From contig CM060731.1 of the NCBI GenBank assembly GCA_030704615.1, forward strand, positions 38,192,001-38,256,000: DNA of 64,000 nt, read 5' to 3'. The notes beneath the pieces were generated by a model, which searched no databases, was not told the DNA's origin, and saw nothing but the letters and a program-made list of their open reading frames with translations. How positions within the stretch are numbered: position 1 is the first letter of the stretch; each line of letters opens with the position of its first letter. The DNA comes from Takakia lepidozioides. Lineage: Eukaryota; Plantae; Bryophyta. The translations under genes and the position numbers were made by a program. This document shows, one piece after another, positions 1 to 15,000 of this stretch.

Positions 1-51
1 AGAGGGGTAGTCAAACTTTGTGTGTAAGAGACAGGTGTTTGTGTATGACAG

Positions 52-3000
52 GTAGGGTGCTATAGAATATCTACAGTTCCAGCAAAAGCAGCGTTGGATG
101 AACACCTGAAGCGACTACACAAGGGTCTATGTGATACATTGCAAAGGAGAGCCATGGCAGACATGAAATTAATTGAGGAGGTTATGGCAAAAGGGAATAG
201 CTTACTTGAAAGCAACCTTTATTTTGTGGAGGATATTGAATGCACACGGCAGGCTGCCTCAGAACTAGTGAGTCTTTCACCCTTCAGGTTCAGACTGCTG
301 CCTAGGTAGGATGGTGCTGCAGATACATATCACAAGAACGAAGAACCTTGCACAATTTAAAGACAGAAAGTGAAATGAAATGAAATGGTGCTTTATAACG
401 TCTGTGGAAAGCTCATAGAGCTTATGGGAGAAAAGAAAGAAAAATTAAGAAATGAAATGGTACTTTGTAAGAAGATAAAAAATTATTGCATCCATTAGAG
501 ACCCGAGGGGCTGTCGACAAAGTAAATTCTAAAATAAGAATTCCAACAAAGAGTTAATCCAGACAATTTTCTTTTCTTAACGTCCAATTTTCTTTTCTGA
601 TACACTGTCCGGGGTTCTCTCACCAAAGAGACGCTCTCTTCAAATCTATCAGGAATTGTGCCTGTACCCCTGTTTAACAACTTTGAAAGTCTCAAGGCTG
701 AGCCAAAAGCCCAGGCCCTCCTGAGGCCTAGTTTTTGGGCAAATCACACACAGCAGATTGATGCTTGTGTGAAGGGATTTCTAGAGTGTATCTGGAAAAC
801 CTGGATTAATTCTATACATGAAGGTAAGTCTTACTACCAACGTCAGCCCCTGACAGAGGTAGTTCTGTCCCTTGTTCCGCTCAAACTGGGCGCGGGGTCA
901 ATGGCCACAAGGCTACGGCAAATAACGTCTTATGATTACAATCTTAACGTCCACTGTATGCCCAGGAGGGCTTGTTAAGACAGGATAAAGAAGGAAAGAA
1001 AAGAAAATGTCTTTAGTGAGAAGGAAGCCTATGCGACCACTTGCATTGTTCAGGGAGTTTTTTGTGGAAGGAGAGGATGAGGTGGTTGCTATCTTTTCTG
1101 TCTACACAAGATCAATTAGTCTAGGACATATTTTGGAACAAAACCAAAAGGACTTTGATGTGACTCGACACTTTTTCAATCAATGGCACTTCTGTGGTTT
1201 TGAGTAGCTACTATTTGTATCCTCCTCACTGAGAACATAGGACCCACTTCTGAGATCTTTCTGTGCAGATTGCACTGACACCAAAAATGCTGGAGTTGCG
1301 GCGTAAGTGTGAAGCGAAAATGTGGCTGCTGCGGCAAGTCACAGGACTTCAAGGTTTTGATAATGGTCTTGTGAGCTACAATGAAGGACTCAACAGCTCA
1401 ATCATTGCTAATGACTGGGAAGGATTTGTTGCGAATCTCAGTCAGCATGAGGTTTGAATCCGATTGCACCTACTGTCCACTGTATGTGAAGGCACCTTAA
1501 ATTCAGCGAGGATCTTGCAAAGCATATGACCCCTTTTATAGAAGCCTATGTCTCTCAAGTACGCAATAGTACAAGACTTGGTTCCTGCTTTGGTTCCTGT
1601 GATTGATGGACGTTTAAGAGTAGATTGGGTTGTCTCAAGGTCCATTAGTGCTTCATACAAAGACGGGAAGGTCTTGACAATTTAAGTGCATGGATTCAGG
1701 CCCATCTGACACAACAAGGAGATAGGATGAGAGAAAAGATGAACCGAAATTGAGGAGCTTGATGCCAGGATTCAAGTATCTGCTGCTCGCTGGTACTTCA
1801 TGTTTTATCTTGGTGTTGTCACATGGTGTATTTTTTTTCATTCTAGTTGACCCATTTAGGTGGTGTGTTATTTCGCTCTTTTCTTCTTAGGTTCTTAGAG
1901 ATATGCTTGCACTCCGGAAGGGAGATCAAATGATGCAAATCAATCAGACTTTGCTTCGTAGGAGATGGTTTGATGGTGCCAGGAGGCCTGCTAACTGCAC
2001 ATGGTTTGGATCCAACCACTTGACAGGAAGGAGCTCAAACCAAAGGGTATTTGGAATAAGGATATGAAGACTGTGATTTTAAAGCTTGAGGAGGACCAAT
2101 GCATGCTCCAAGAACTCCAGGTAGAACTCGGATGTTGATAAGGCAAGAACTAGCTCCGAAAGCACAGATTATCCATGTAATTCTTGGTGCATTCTCTTTG
2201 CCTGTTCCGGCTTGCAATTTACATGTTCATTCGGTTGATGCAGGGGTTGATAGACAAGACAGTGCAAAGGTGCAAGGTGCTACAGATGGAAGTCCCCATG
2301 TTTTCTACGTTTGCAGTCACATTGCAGGAGTTCCAAGTTGTTCATGAGGTTTGTGAATTCTCCTAGGAGTTTTCTTTTGGAAGTCTCTTATTTGTCGCTT
2401 CGGCCCAGAGCCGCCCAGTGGGCATTATGAATTCTTCTTTAATAAAGTTTTCAAATGATCATTGCAGGGTGAGTGATGAAACCAGAGTCATATCTTCAGT
2501 ATGCTGTTGGGCAGGTCTTTTTCAGTAGAGTGTGCATTGAGCTATATGGACTTTCTAGATTCTAACTCTTATAACCTATGAACAAAGGTGAACAAAGGTG
2601 TTTTCCTTGTTTGAACTAGAATGATCTGTCAATTCATGACCACAGAGATGGGTTGAAGTGGGGAAGTTCTTGGAGGAGAAGGAGCAGCTGACAAAGCTGG
2701 ACTGGATCACTGCAAGAGCACAACTACATGTTGTGGAGGAGTTTGTACTTAAATGGCTCGAAATTTTCAAGCTCAGTTCCTACAAAGATGAACTTGAAAT
2801 GTCACTGTTGCAGGCATGTTACAACACATATATCGTTTGTGAGTTATTGTTCTTAAGGGAGTAGTGGACTCTCGGGTGCTTTCTTTTTTCATTGGAGCTT
2901 ACAACGACCCTGCCATAGATCTTAAGAAGCTCTCGGGTTGCCAGGAATTGGAGCAGTACAGAGTATGCCTCCCGATCTTGCCATTTGTCAAAGGGGAAAC

Positions 3001-6000
3001 GTGGGAGCAATACCATTGGGCAGAGTTTTTTGGGCTTCTGCAGCTATCTACCAAGGTGATTTCACCAGAACTCTTTGTCCGAATAAGGCAAGATCATTGA
3101 TAAAGTTTTTCAGTAAGGAAGTAACAACCTGGGATACTGTAAGAAGCAGTGACAAGCAACTCAACAAGCATACTCATTCTTTTTGAAAGAAAAACCACTT
3201 TACTGAGAGAAAGAAATGAAATGAAATGAAATGAAAGGGAGATTGTGCATTGCCACTCAGCTAGGTCCCATTGGACGTCTCCAATGAAACCTGGGTAGCC
3301 TGTGCCGTTGGCCCAAGTGTCCAGTGTCATCTAAGTCCAAGTGCAATCCCCTATGTATCCAGAGACCCTGCAGTTTGGGAGATCTCCACGTCAGTGTTCC
3401 AGTTCACGAATTTCCAGCGACGAAAAGTACTTGAAATTCCATATCTCCACACCGCAGGTCCACAAATGATGAGACCAAGTCGGTGCAACCCTATTCATCG
3501 AGGGCTTTCCAACGGTACTAAAATCGTGGCCAGAGGGGTTTGGGAGATCTCAATGACACTACAAACAATATTGTGAACGCCAATATTTAAAAAAGCCCAA
3601 TCTACATTTATGTCCACTTGCACAAAAGGCACATGAAGGGCCAATCATTACTGCAGGAAAGCCCACTTTGCTATTTTTCATGATTTTCCAGCGACCAAAA
3701 GTACTTGAAATTCCATATCTCCCACACCGCAGGTCCAAAAATTACGAGACCAGGCCGGTCTCACCCCTCCTCATCGAGGGCTTTCCAAGGCACCAAGCAC
3801 CAGGGTTGGGGCCCCTCGGTTTGGGAGATCTCCACGACGCGACAAAACAAAACAAAAGAAACAAACTACCTTGCTTCATATATTGATCTTCAGCGAAGAG
3901 AAAAGAGTGTTTGCTTGGGGTATGGAGGGGTAGGAGAGTTAGTGCTGACTATGCTTTGGCTTCTTCCATCCCAAACGAAGATCCATACATGAGGGAGGGA
4001 GAGATATGATTCCTCTCAGACTGGGGGACAGGGTGTGTCGGTCTAGTTCTGCTCTAACATGCTCCCTAAAGTTGTGGTCCCTCTTGCCAAGGATTTGCTT
4101 ACACCCTCCATTATTAGTCATAATGTAAAGGCAGCCTTTTGGGTTGAAGTGACACCATAATTTACATTGCTTTGGCAAGAGTCAACCTTTTGGTCATGAT
4201 GTCAATCCGATCAATGCCAATAGTGGTTGGGTTCTAAGGTCGTAGGGCAGGGAAGATTTTTCCTGGCAAGGCCCTGAGAAGGGAGGGAGATAAAGGAGGC
4301 GAAAGGTAATTGGGCCGCAAGATTCTATCGTCATGGAGAACCAAGAATGTCTCCCTATAGAAATGGAGTCTGTAGGGTGAGAGTGGGTGAGATTGTACTC
4401 ATAAGACGTTATTTGCCGTAGCCTTGTGGCCATTGACCCCGTGCCCAGTTTGAGCGGGAACAAAAGGGACAGAACCTACCTCTGTCAGGGGCTGACGTTG
4501 GTAGTAAGACTTACCTCCATATAAAGAATTAATCCGGGTTTTCCAGATATCCTCTAGAAATCCCTTCACACAAGCATCAATCTGCTGTGTGTGATTTGCC
4601 CAAAAACTAGGCCTCAGGAGGGTGAGAGTGGGTGAGAGTGAGAGTGAGAGAAGGTAGCTTCCAAATTCTCCTGACATGTAGTTCCATAAGTTCTCTTCTG
4701 ATGAGCTGTTGCGATCTTGTTTGGAAGTGATTTCCACCCCTTCTGTATTTTGTGGCAATAGGGAAGCAAAAGAGAGTCCATTGCGCTCAAAAAACTGCAT
4801 ACCCGAGCATACCAGGAGGCCTTGAAACCAAGAGAGAAAAGATAGTAGAGAAGTAGTAGAGAAGTGCCTGAGGCCCCAGCACAGACCAAAGGGCCCCCAA
4901 ATTCCAATTGGGCTGTGAATGCACCCACAGTGACGGGCTCAGGATCTGAGCTATGGTAAGACACTTGGAAGCATGAGTATCAGTGCCCAACAACATAATC
5001 TAGGTGCCACCTGCCTCAGTTGCATCCGTCCACCAACAACCCCTGTTTTGGAACTGTGCCGTCACCGATAGCATTGGATTCATGTTTAGTTAGCATCCAA
5101 ACTCCAGATGCAATTCTTGGGCATGCCAAGGAGTCCATCAGGTGGGACACCTCTCAGATAAGCCCATACAAGATCGGAGGAGACTGGAATCACTCACTAA
5201 GCAGCTCCGAACTGGGGTTGGTTCAGGGGGGCTTCCACAATCTACGGATTGAGACTGGTAGATGGGAAAACCTGCAACGGGAGGATCGCCTATGCCCAGC
5301 ATGTACTGGGCGCAGCCAGGAAGTCGGACTGAAGAACACTTCGATTATTGCCCTCTATACTAGGAGATCCGTGGGAGATTCAACTGTCTATTCCGTGGAA
5401 CCCCATCTCTCACTGAGCTCTTCCATTATGAGGATCACAAATGCTTGGCAGCTTATCTGCATGAGGCCTTGGCCCTTAGGCAAACCCTTCAGCAGTAGTT
5501 GCTTTGGGCTGCTTTTGACTGTGGTTTTGTCTCTTCTTTGTGGTTTCTCCCTCTTGTCCCATAAGCTCTTTGAGCTCTCCGCGGACGTTATAAAGTACCA
5601 TTTCATTTCATTTCTCTTGTCCAATTTAAGTGTCCACTTAGAACAGTCGTTCAATCACCCTGGCAGATCGAAAGAACAAGAAAATAATATCACGAATATA
5701 CCTCTCCTTGGCAGGATGTGGGAGCTCTACACCCAAAACATCTGACTGTCGGACACTTTTTGGGAAAAGCAGCTGAGCTTGTCGAAGGAGCTGACGCGAT
5801 CAAGGCAATTCATTTGCAGGCACTTGGTGAGGTTTGTTCCAGTAGGGCCCACTTTTCTTTTTGTGGCTGTGTTGTTTGACATTTATATACAATAGACTGA
5901 CAGAGCCCACCTCCCCAAGGTACGAGGCTCTCATTTACATGGGCTTCGGTCGGCGTCATCTCTCTCTACAGTTGACTCGTGATTCTTCCCTGTGAATGTT

Positions 6001-9000
6001 GGTTATGAGGTCCCTTCAGGAAACTTTATAACGTCCACACAGGAGGCTCAAGGGACAGAAACATGGAAAAGAGCTACTGTAAGCAAAAACCTTCTAATGT
6101 CCACAGGAGAGAGGAGATTGTGTTCTTCAAAAAGCATGAGCATTATAGTGATGAGACTGTTAGCCATGAGTCGCATCCTTGGAGACGGTTCCACCTGGTC
6201 ACACCTACCTCCCCTGGATGCCTGTTAGGCTGCATGCTTTGTTGCATGGTGATGCTTTGCTTACCCTTAGAATCAAGGGAGCATGACGATTGACTGGTCT
6301 GCTCACCTTGCTTCTAAACCTACCTTCACCCTGTGCAAATATCACGACGGAACGAAAGGGAACAGACACTACCTTTGTGAGGGGCTCACCCTGGTCATGG
6401 GACTTACCTTGGTATAGACAATTAGTTTGGGCTTTCCAGATATCCTCTAGAAAGCCCTTCACACAAGGATCAACCTGCTGTGTGTGAGCTGCCCAGGAAT
6501 TAGACCCCAACAGGACCAGGGCTTTATGCCCAGCCTCAAGATTTTCAAAGTTGGTGAACAGAGTGCAGGAACTATGTTCTTGATTTTCCTGAAGATGGTC
6601 ACCTTTAGGAACAGCTTTGGAGTCATTTAGTTGCTCTTGATATGTTCAATGTAGTCAGGAGATGAGTTAAGCTCCAAAGTTGTGAGCGTGTTCTTATTCC
6701 TAGAATATTTTGGATGTCCACTTTGGAAAATGCGCTTGGAGCAGATAAGTATAAAGGAAGCTTTGCACCAGCTAGTCATGTGGGGCTTGGATCGCTGCTT
6801 TGCTACCCTTGCTTATGATCCTGTCAAGAAAGGCAGCAAGTCTATCATCTTAATCAAGGAGTGGCATGAGCTCTTAACAGAGGTAATCCTTGTTTTGCTG
6901 AAGCTCCCTGCAGTCAGCTACATGCTTGTACTACATGAATATCAGTGTTTGTCGGACTAGGTGTGCACTACTGTTTTGCTGCTTTTCCTGCTGTGGAATG
7001 CTCTAACTCACGGTGAACTTTCCTGACACTTCATATGACACTTGTGGATAAATGTGCAGAACATTAGGGCAGAACAGATTCTAGTAAACAACAGAAGGCT
7101 GCAGAATCTTAAAACTAAGAGGATTGTTGGGATGCTAATGCTGGGTCCTGGGTCCAATGTTGTTTGTAGGTAGGAGACCATCAGCTGCTCGTAAAGTCAC
7201 TGAAAGAGTCACCCTTTTCTTCATCATTCAGGGATGACATGTCACTTTGGGAACAACGTCTTTCAGCACTTCTGCATTCCCTTCAACATCTACATAGGTA
7301 CAGCCAAGTTATATACTAATTTTGAGTCTCTAAATTTGGTGTCAGTGTGCATGGAGGTTGCCATAACAGGTGAAGCACATACTTGGGAGAAGGTGGAGTT
7401 TTGTGCTCAAGCAAAGGGAATATGTTGGGTTATATTGTATGTTTAAGTTCTAGGCATAGCATGGCTCCCAGCTAAGGCAACCTATGTTTATTTCCTGTTA
7501 CCAAGATTTCTGTTCTAATTGAGGTTATTTATTTGCATGTGTATCAATCTCTTACTGTGGAAAGGCTAACAATACCACTTCTGTATGGATCAGTATTCAA
7601 AGAAAATGGGTATATTTGGAGCCCATTTTTGCCAAAGGGGCACTGCCTTTGGAGCAGGTATTACAAAAATCCCTACCAGAATCTGAGAGTGTGGACTTCC
7701 TGACCCGGGGCTATGGAGTTGAATGGAAGTGGCAGTGCAATTGTAGGCTTCAAATGCCGAGCATTTGAGATGATTTTCTGAAGGTTGAGTTGAATAGTTG
7801 GGTTTTCTGAACATGTTTGATGGAAGCAGATGAGGTTCAATAAGGTGGACGAGGAGCTCAAGTATATAATGCAGCACATTGCTGTAAAGCCAGTGGTCAC
7901 CAAAGTCATGAACATTCCACGACTGGAGGAAAGCCTTCCACAGCTGGAGTTGCAACTTGACATTTGTCAGCGTGCTCTTTCTCTTTATCTGGAGGTAAGT
8001 TCCTTAGCTCTTTTCGTGAAAGTGTATCATGTGTACTTCCTGCTCACCCCTCAAAATGCTTGGAGCTGTTCATTTCCATGAATTTCATCTATCACACTAG
8101 CACTGACATGGTTCGTCTTTTTGTCACATAATGGGATCAAAGCCACTAGCATCGAATGCAAGTATCAAAGCCACTAGCAGAACACCACAGCAACAGAAAT
8201 CTTGAACTATGCGTATGTCTAGAAAACTGCAGGAGAAGCGGTCAAACTTCCCTCGCTTCTACTTCATAGGAGATGATGATCTACTGGAAATTCTTGGCCA
8301 ATCAGAAACCCCAGAAGTTATTCAGGTTGGCGTTTTCTCTTTAACCTTCCAAGCCTTTAAATTCAGCAATTCATTGAATATCCACTTACATTTGCCCATT
8401 TCTAGCTTGGAACATCATGAACAAAACTCAATCCAAAGTCGCGACATCACAGGCTTCTTGGAGCAATTTGTTCATGTTACGTATGAGCCTGCTCACAATT
8501 TGCCTCCGTATATCTAGTAGTGTTACGTGTGTTGCTGGAATACACACACACACACACAGATGGATATATATTTGACTTGGTTGAAACCTCAAATATTTTT
8601 CTGTGGGCCCTATTCTGGACTTGTGCAGGCTCATTTGGGCAAAATATTTTCTGGAGTACAAACCGTGAGGTTCTCTGATAATTCTGGAAGGTGAATATTT
8701 TCCTTTCTGGGTCTTTGGGAAGGTTTGGGCCACCATGTTGTGCCGTTAGAAGCTTCCAAACTGAAAGCTGTAGCCCCTTTTGGGGTAAAGAGACTTCTTT
8801 ATTACGCTTGCTTCGGCGGGAGTCCACCTATGTGTGCTTAGTTGCTAGAAATTTCAGATTGTCTGCTGATTCATTGTGTGCAGGATAGTATCTGTGCAAA
8901 GCCCAGATGGCGAAACCCTCAAGCTTTCTGCCACAGTCCCAGTTGCCCAGGAGGTTGAAAGCTGGCTAAATGCTCTCAATTTCTCCATGAAGGTGAGCAA

Positions 9001-12000
9001 CAGTTGACATACATACTGAATCCTCCACCCCTTAATCCCAAGTAGTTTGTAGCACCCTTTGGATGAGGTTTGGGTTTCAATATGAAATATACTTGAAAAC
9101 TTTATCAGCTTCAAACCTTAGATGGATTTGAATACCTTATGCGCTTCATTCATATCCCTTAGTTTGAATGGCTAGTCCTTCAAAATGCTAAAATATAATC
9201 CCAATTCTTAAAGCCTATATGGCTCTGGCTCAACCACATGTATATTCTAACAATGGAGAAATTGTCCCCTTGTCAAAAGGGGCGAATCCTTTTTCGTAAC
9301 AACTATGTTACCACCAGTCAGCAGCAAATCCCTCAAGGAAACAAGTCGAACATTATATTTGAACCATCCTTCATAGGATTGTTCAATACCACATATACTG
9401 GTGGTTCTACATGGAACTGGCTTTGACTTACATAAGAGACAAGCTCAATGCTGTCATCTACCGCATGTTCTCCATCCTGAGACACGTAAAACTTATACGT
9501 CAGTAGCGACATCCTATTAGTGGCCTCGCATGAGAGTCAACATTATCACTATGTCACTTCATGTCTACCTTGCCAAAGGATTGAAGGTGAGAACACATAA
9601 ATTGGAGGACAGGAGAACTTTTTAAAATTCCATCATAACGTTGGGAATACATGTCCATGGATCTATTTGTGTCTCTCCCCCTCCCTCGCAACAAAGTTAT
9701 GATTCAGATGTGGTGGTGGTGATAGGCTCTCAAAGCAAGCTCATTTCCTTCTATGTAAAACCACTAAGTCTAGAGCTGCTGTAGCACAATGCTTTAGAAA
9801 GAAATCTTCGATTGTATGGATTACTACGTGTTAAACTTCCGCTTACCTCAAGCACCATAAAAAATCATATTGATTCAGTTCTCATCCAAGGCCACTTCAA
9901 CTTCTTCAGATACATTGGTGTCGTCACTGAAAATGTATTCCTTCGTTTTCTATTTTTTGATACATACGCTTCAAAAAATTAATTTCACCTTCCAGGACTT
10001 TCAGCCTTGTTGGAGTTGTAAAATATTCATTGGGCTTCTGAGGGGAAAGCCGCTCTTTTACGTCCAGTTCCTTAAATTTGTCCACCATTTAGCCTGCTTA
10101 TTCTTATTGCAGAACTGGTCATGGTTTCAAAAGGTCTCCTCTCCCAAGTGGATTCTTAATCCCTAAGAACATTATTCTTTGAATACGTAGCAGTCTACTT
10201 TAGAAATGAAATGGTACTTTATAGCGTCCGCGGAAAGCTCAAAGATCAGTCCCTACTTTAGAAATGAAATGAAACTTTCTCTACTTTAGAGAAAGTTCAC
10301 ATCCCATGCAATTCTTGTTATAGCACTAACAAGAATCTGGATAGGGTTCCACATGAGGATACAGAGACAAGGGAATATAAGTCCTTTAATGAGGGACAGA
10401 GCAGATGACAAGGGCTGTCTTTTCTTACCACTGATCTTGAATTTAAAATTTGGGATGCAAATTTCTATGTCAAGTGTTAAAGACTTGTTTCACACAGCAT
10501 TAGTCTGCTGTGCTTCATTTGTCTGTTTGAGCATGTGGGCACATGCTTCAAAAGGATTCCTTTGTGTTGTATTCTTTACCACCAGAAATTCACACAAGAA
10601 TCCAAACCCTATGATAAGATTCCAAATGCTACCAACTCAGGTTGTCCAGTGACTCTTAACTTCCTCGATGTCCTTCAAAAGCTGTGTATACACATTAAAT
10701 AGCTGCTGACTCTGTACATTTGTGTTCAGTTGACACTTCAAGAAAATTTGGCAGAATGCTTGAAGACAAAAGATGACATTAGCAAGTTTTCATGTCAAGT
10801 AGTGTGCCTGGGAGCACAAGTGAACTTCACCCAGCAATGCGAGCAATGTATACAGCAAGGATCCCTGGCTCCCCTGCGGCTTGAGCTTGCCCAGAAACTA
10901 GAGTGCCTTACAACTAGGGGGACAATACAAAAGAATAATGGTTGTCTGAGTGTGAAAGCACTCATGCTGGATGTCATTCATGCTATTGCTGTGGTGGACC
11001 ATCTCTTGATTGAGCATGCTGCAAACCCTGATGATTGGGCATGGTTCCGTCAGGTGTGTATTACTTGTTGTTTCTGATTTATGCAATTAGTGAATTCAGT
11101 TTCTTTGAGCTGGAGTGGATGGAGTAATAATTTGCACTTTATACTTACGGATGCTCTGTGAACCTCTTCAGTTGGTTCAGATGTGTAATAGATTGAATCT
11201 GAATGACCGTTTAAGATTAAGATTGTATGGATGCATTTAAAATTCTGTTCATATCTAGCCAAAAGAAAATTTATAGCTTTCCGCGGAAAGCTCAAGGAGC
11301 TTATGGGACAAAAGGGAAAAACAAGAAATGAAATGAAATGAAATGGTGCTTTATAACGTCCGCGGAAAGCTCATAGAGCTTATGGAACAAAATGGAAGAA
11401 AACATGAGAGAGGAAACAAAACCAAAGCCAAGAATAAGAAAGAAGGGACAAAACCACAGCCAAAAGAAGAAAGAGAAAAGAGTTTTCTCTGCTGGTACCT
11501 GGAGGACCTATTGGAAAGTTCCAGACAATAGTCCAAAAACCGAACCTAAGCAAGGGAATGAGTATAGCTTCGTTTGACTTGGTAATATAGAAAGAGAACA
11601 AGCCTTGTCCGATCCGCTGGAAGCCAAATGGCCTATCGGATCCACAAGAGGTAATGACTTGATGAGTTCCTCCCTGACGATCCCCGGAATAACAGAAAGG
11701 GAAGAACTTTATCATGTCTATGGCAAGCTCAAAGAGCTTATGGGACCTGAGAGACCTCAAGATGAGTTGCCATCATGCAGCTGCGATTCTATTCGGCGGA
11801 AAACATGGGAGCAGCCGTGAAAATGGCAGAGGCAGAATTTGTGTACTCATTTGAGTACCATGGCAATGTGCCCAGGCTCGTCTACACCCCACTATCTGAC
11901 AAATGTTATCTGGTCCTCACACAAGGGCTGCATTTGGGATATGGAGGAAATGTGTTTGGCCCAGCTGGCACAGGCAAAACTGAAAGTGTTAAGGCCCTCG

Positions 12001-15000
12001 GCCAGTATTTGGGGAGACAGGTCTGTTTTCCTCCTCAGTCCTCGTCTGTCAGTCTGAGTCTATCTCTACTTGTGTCCATTGGGCCATTTAGGCTTCCTGC
12101 ATATGTAATATATTTTTTCTTGTTCTCTCTTTATGCTCCCTGAAATGCTTGAAATTCTACACACATTCCCTTCAATTAGGGAGAACCACATGACCAAGTC
12201 TTCCTATCTCTGGATGAAATTCTCTAAGGCCCTCGGGCCCTGGGCACCTTCTGAGCTGGATGGAAATGGGGAAATTGTTTAGAGGCAAAACCAAGAGGCT
12301 ACAATCCGTCCAGTCTTTACGCTGCATCAATGGAAACATGAGCACCAGTTTTTCTTCTCCTGTCCAGCATGCTACAAGATCCACAGATGTTACTCATTAC
12401 AGCTTCACAATCTCTGACAGAAGCCTTCAGCTGAAAATAGATTGTGGTCTGTCCTACCTTGTTCCAGATGGCCACCTTGTTCCATGGGCCCTCGTGGCCA
12501 TCTGTGATGTTGTAAAGTTCTTGTTTCTAGAGAGAACAAAATGGAGATTGAAACTGAAGAACATTTCTTCTTTACTTTCCTCTCAATAATGAGATCCGGG
12601 GAAGATACTAGTTCGACCTCTCTGCCTTCCTTGGCTTGGCCTGCCTATTTCTATGCAGCAATCCCTTGCTGAGGTACAATGAGGGTCAGAAATGCTTGGC
12701 GGCATGTCTGCATAAGGCATTACATCTTAGGGAATCCCTTGATGAATAGTTGTTTTCAGCTGGTTGTTGAGGCCCCCACCTGCTTTCTTGTAGCCTGCTT
12801 TCTTTTGTCTCATAAGCTCTTTGAATCTTCCAGGAACGTTATAAAGGCTCTTTTCTTTCTTTCAAAGACGTTATAAAGCACCATTTCAATCATTTCATTT
12901 CATGTCATTTCTTTTCATGTCCGTAGGTGCGTCTGGTGGTCTAGCGTCTTGGTTTGTTGTCTTTGCATTTCTTTAGACTAGATGAGTCTTGTGTTGACAA
13001 CAGCTACTTAAACCACATCAGGACTGAAGTTTCAGGAATCTGTGGGGTCAGTCCAATGAACATCCGACATATGCTTTCTCCAGGCAACAACTCTTTCACT
13101 GGCTTTATATAGTATTTGATGTATCGTAATGTGCATTGTTTCTTTCCAGGTCTTGGTATTCAATTGTGATGGAGACTTTGACTTCAAGAGTATGGGCCGG
13201 ATTTTTACAGGCATCGTCAAGGCAGGTGCCTGGGGTTGCTTCGATGAGTTTAACCGGCTCGACGAAGACGTTTTATCGGCTGTCTCACAGCAGATTCAAG
13301 TCATCCAGGCAGCTCTCCGAGACAATGCATGCACAATAAATCTGCTCAGCAAAATTGTCAACGTAGACCACGATGCTGCCATATTTGTAACCCTAAATCC
13401 GAAGTCCAAGAGCTATGCAGGCCGCTCCAAACTGCCGCACAATTTGCAAGCCTTGTTTCGCTCTGTCACAATGACCTGCCCTGACAGTGAGCTTATTGCA
13501 GAGGTTTTCACGATGCTTCCTAAATTACTGCATCTAAGTTTTCTTTTCAAATCTGGAATACTTGTGCAAGAGTTTTCTCCGGGTAGTGCACAGGAGGCAT
13601 CCAGGTAGAAATGGCTAAATCACGAGAAGTTTCACAACGATAACTGCTTCTGCTGGGTTAGATCAGAAGCACCACCCCGTTAAAACCAGCATGCAAGGTT
13701 GTAACTTAATGCAGAGTTTGTTCTAACCCAGTCTAAGAGTGTACAACATCGACGTTAATCTCACTGAACTTCAGTCGTGCATGAAAGCCTCGTATGGAGC
13801 ATTCAAGCGCCTTTTCAATCTTTCCCACGGTTATAGAGGGCTGTCAGCTCCGCAGTAGGTAAGCAAGACTAGATACAATCAATTCTTGTTGTCGATATAT
13901 GTTTTAGTGGAGTGTTTCTTTGTCAAAAGTTAAAATTTGTGAACAGGAAGTCATTATTTTACAAAGACTAGGCAAGAAATTCCTGCTGGTCGTGCTCGTG
14001 TAAAGGTGAGCATGAGTAAATGCTCTGAACCAGCAGATTCTGCATGAGTGTCAGGGTTGGGTTTTTCACCTCAGCCTGAGAGCTGATTATATATGGAGGT
14101 CCAATAACGGACAAAGATGTCAAAGTGATGCAATCCGCATTGTGTCCTAGGACAATTCTAGGCTTTCATTGTCAGCTGCTGATGCAAACTGTCTGAAATC
14201 TCACTCCCCTCTAATCGGGCGTCTTGTACCTGTTGTAGAAGTCGATCACTAGATTCTACTTGGGCATGAGGATTCCATCTTCTCCTCAGAGTCATTGAAC
14301 CTCGCTAGTGTTTACTACAGTAGCTATGCTTCAAAAAGTGGGCACCTGGTTTCTTTCATTTTAACTGGTAAGTAGAGTGTGGTTCTTTTTGTTTGCAAAC
14401 AAGGAAAACCTTGGTGCAGAGCAACTGAATTTCCAAGTCTCGTTGCATTCTCCAGCCCTATCCCACAATGTATTAGTAATCTCGATGGTGTGTGTTGGGG
14501 AATACGTAACCAAATCAGACTATGTTTGGTTGAAATGCAGGTGAATCTAATATCTGAAGGATTCAAAGATGCTAAAGACCTTGGTCGAAAGCTGGTAATT
14601 GTATTCAACTTTGCAAAAGAGGTATGCCTCAATCTTTGTTAACATAAGTAGTCTCCTTCCAGTGTTGACAATTTTCAGATGGTCCCCTATTTTAACTGTA
14701 ATATCACTTTGACAGTGGGAAGAAGCGAAGGGGGCTGTCAAAATGTATATACTTTTGGTCTTGAGGTGTCGCACTGCCCTCAATTCTCAAGGTCTCCTGG
14801 GACTGGGGTTCCTTACCTGTTCCTGTCCCTCGTTTGATTGGGCCATGTGCTGTCCATTCAAACTTGCTCCTTCCTGTATTAGCTGGCAGCTTGCCAAGCT
14901 GCTTGGTGTGGGTTGTCTCCTTTTCACTCGCATCCGCTTCCTGGCTTGGTGGCTTGTTGCCGATTTCTATCCTGCAATTTTCCTTACATTCAATTTTATT

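Noticed and set aside
5020-5745. 241-aa ORF as an independent gene
   Set aside because: Chance read-through across a LINE fragment, intron sequence and an out-of-frame dynein exon.
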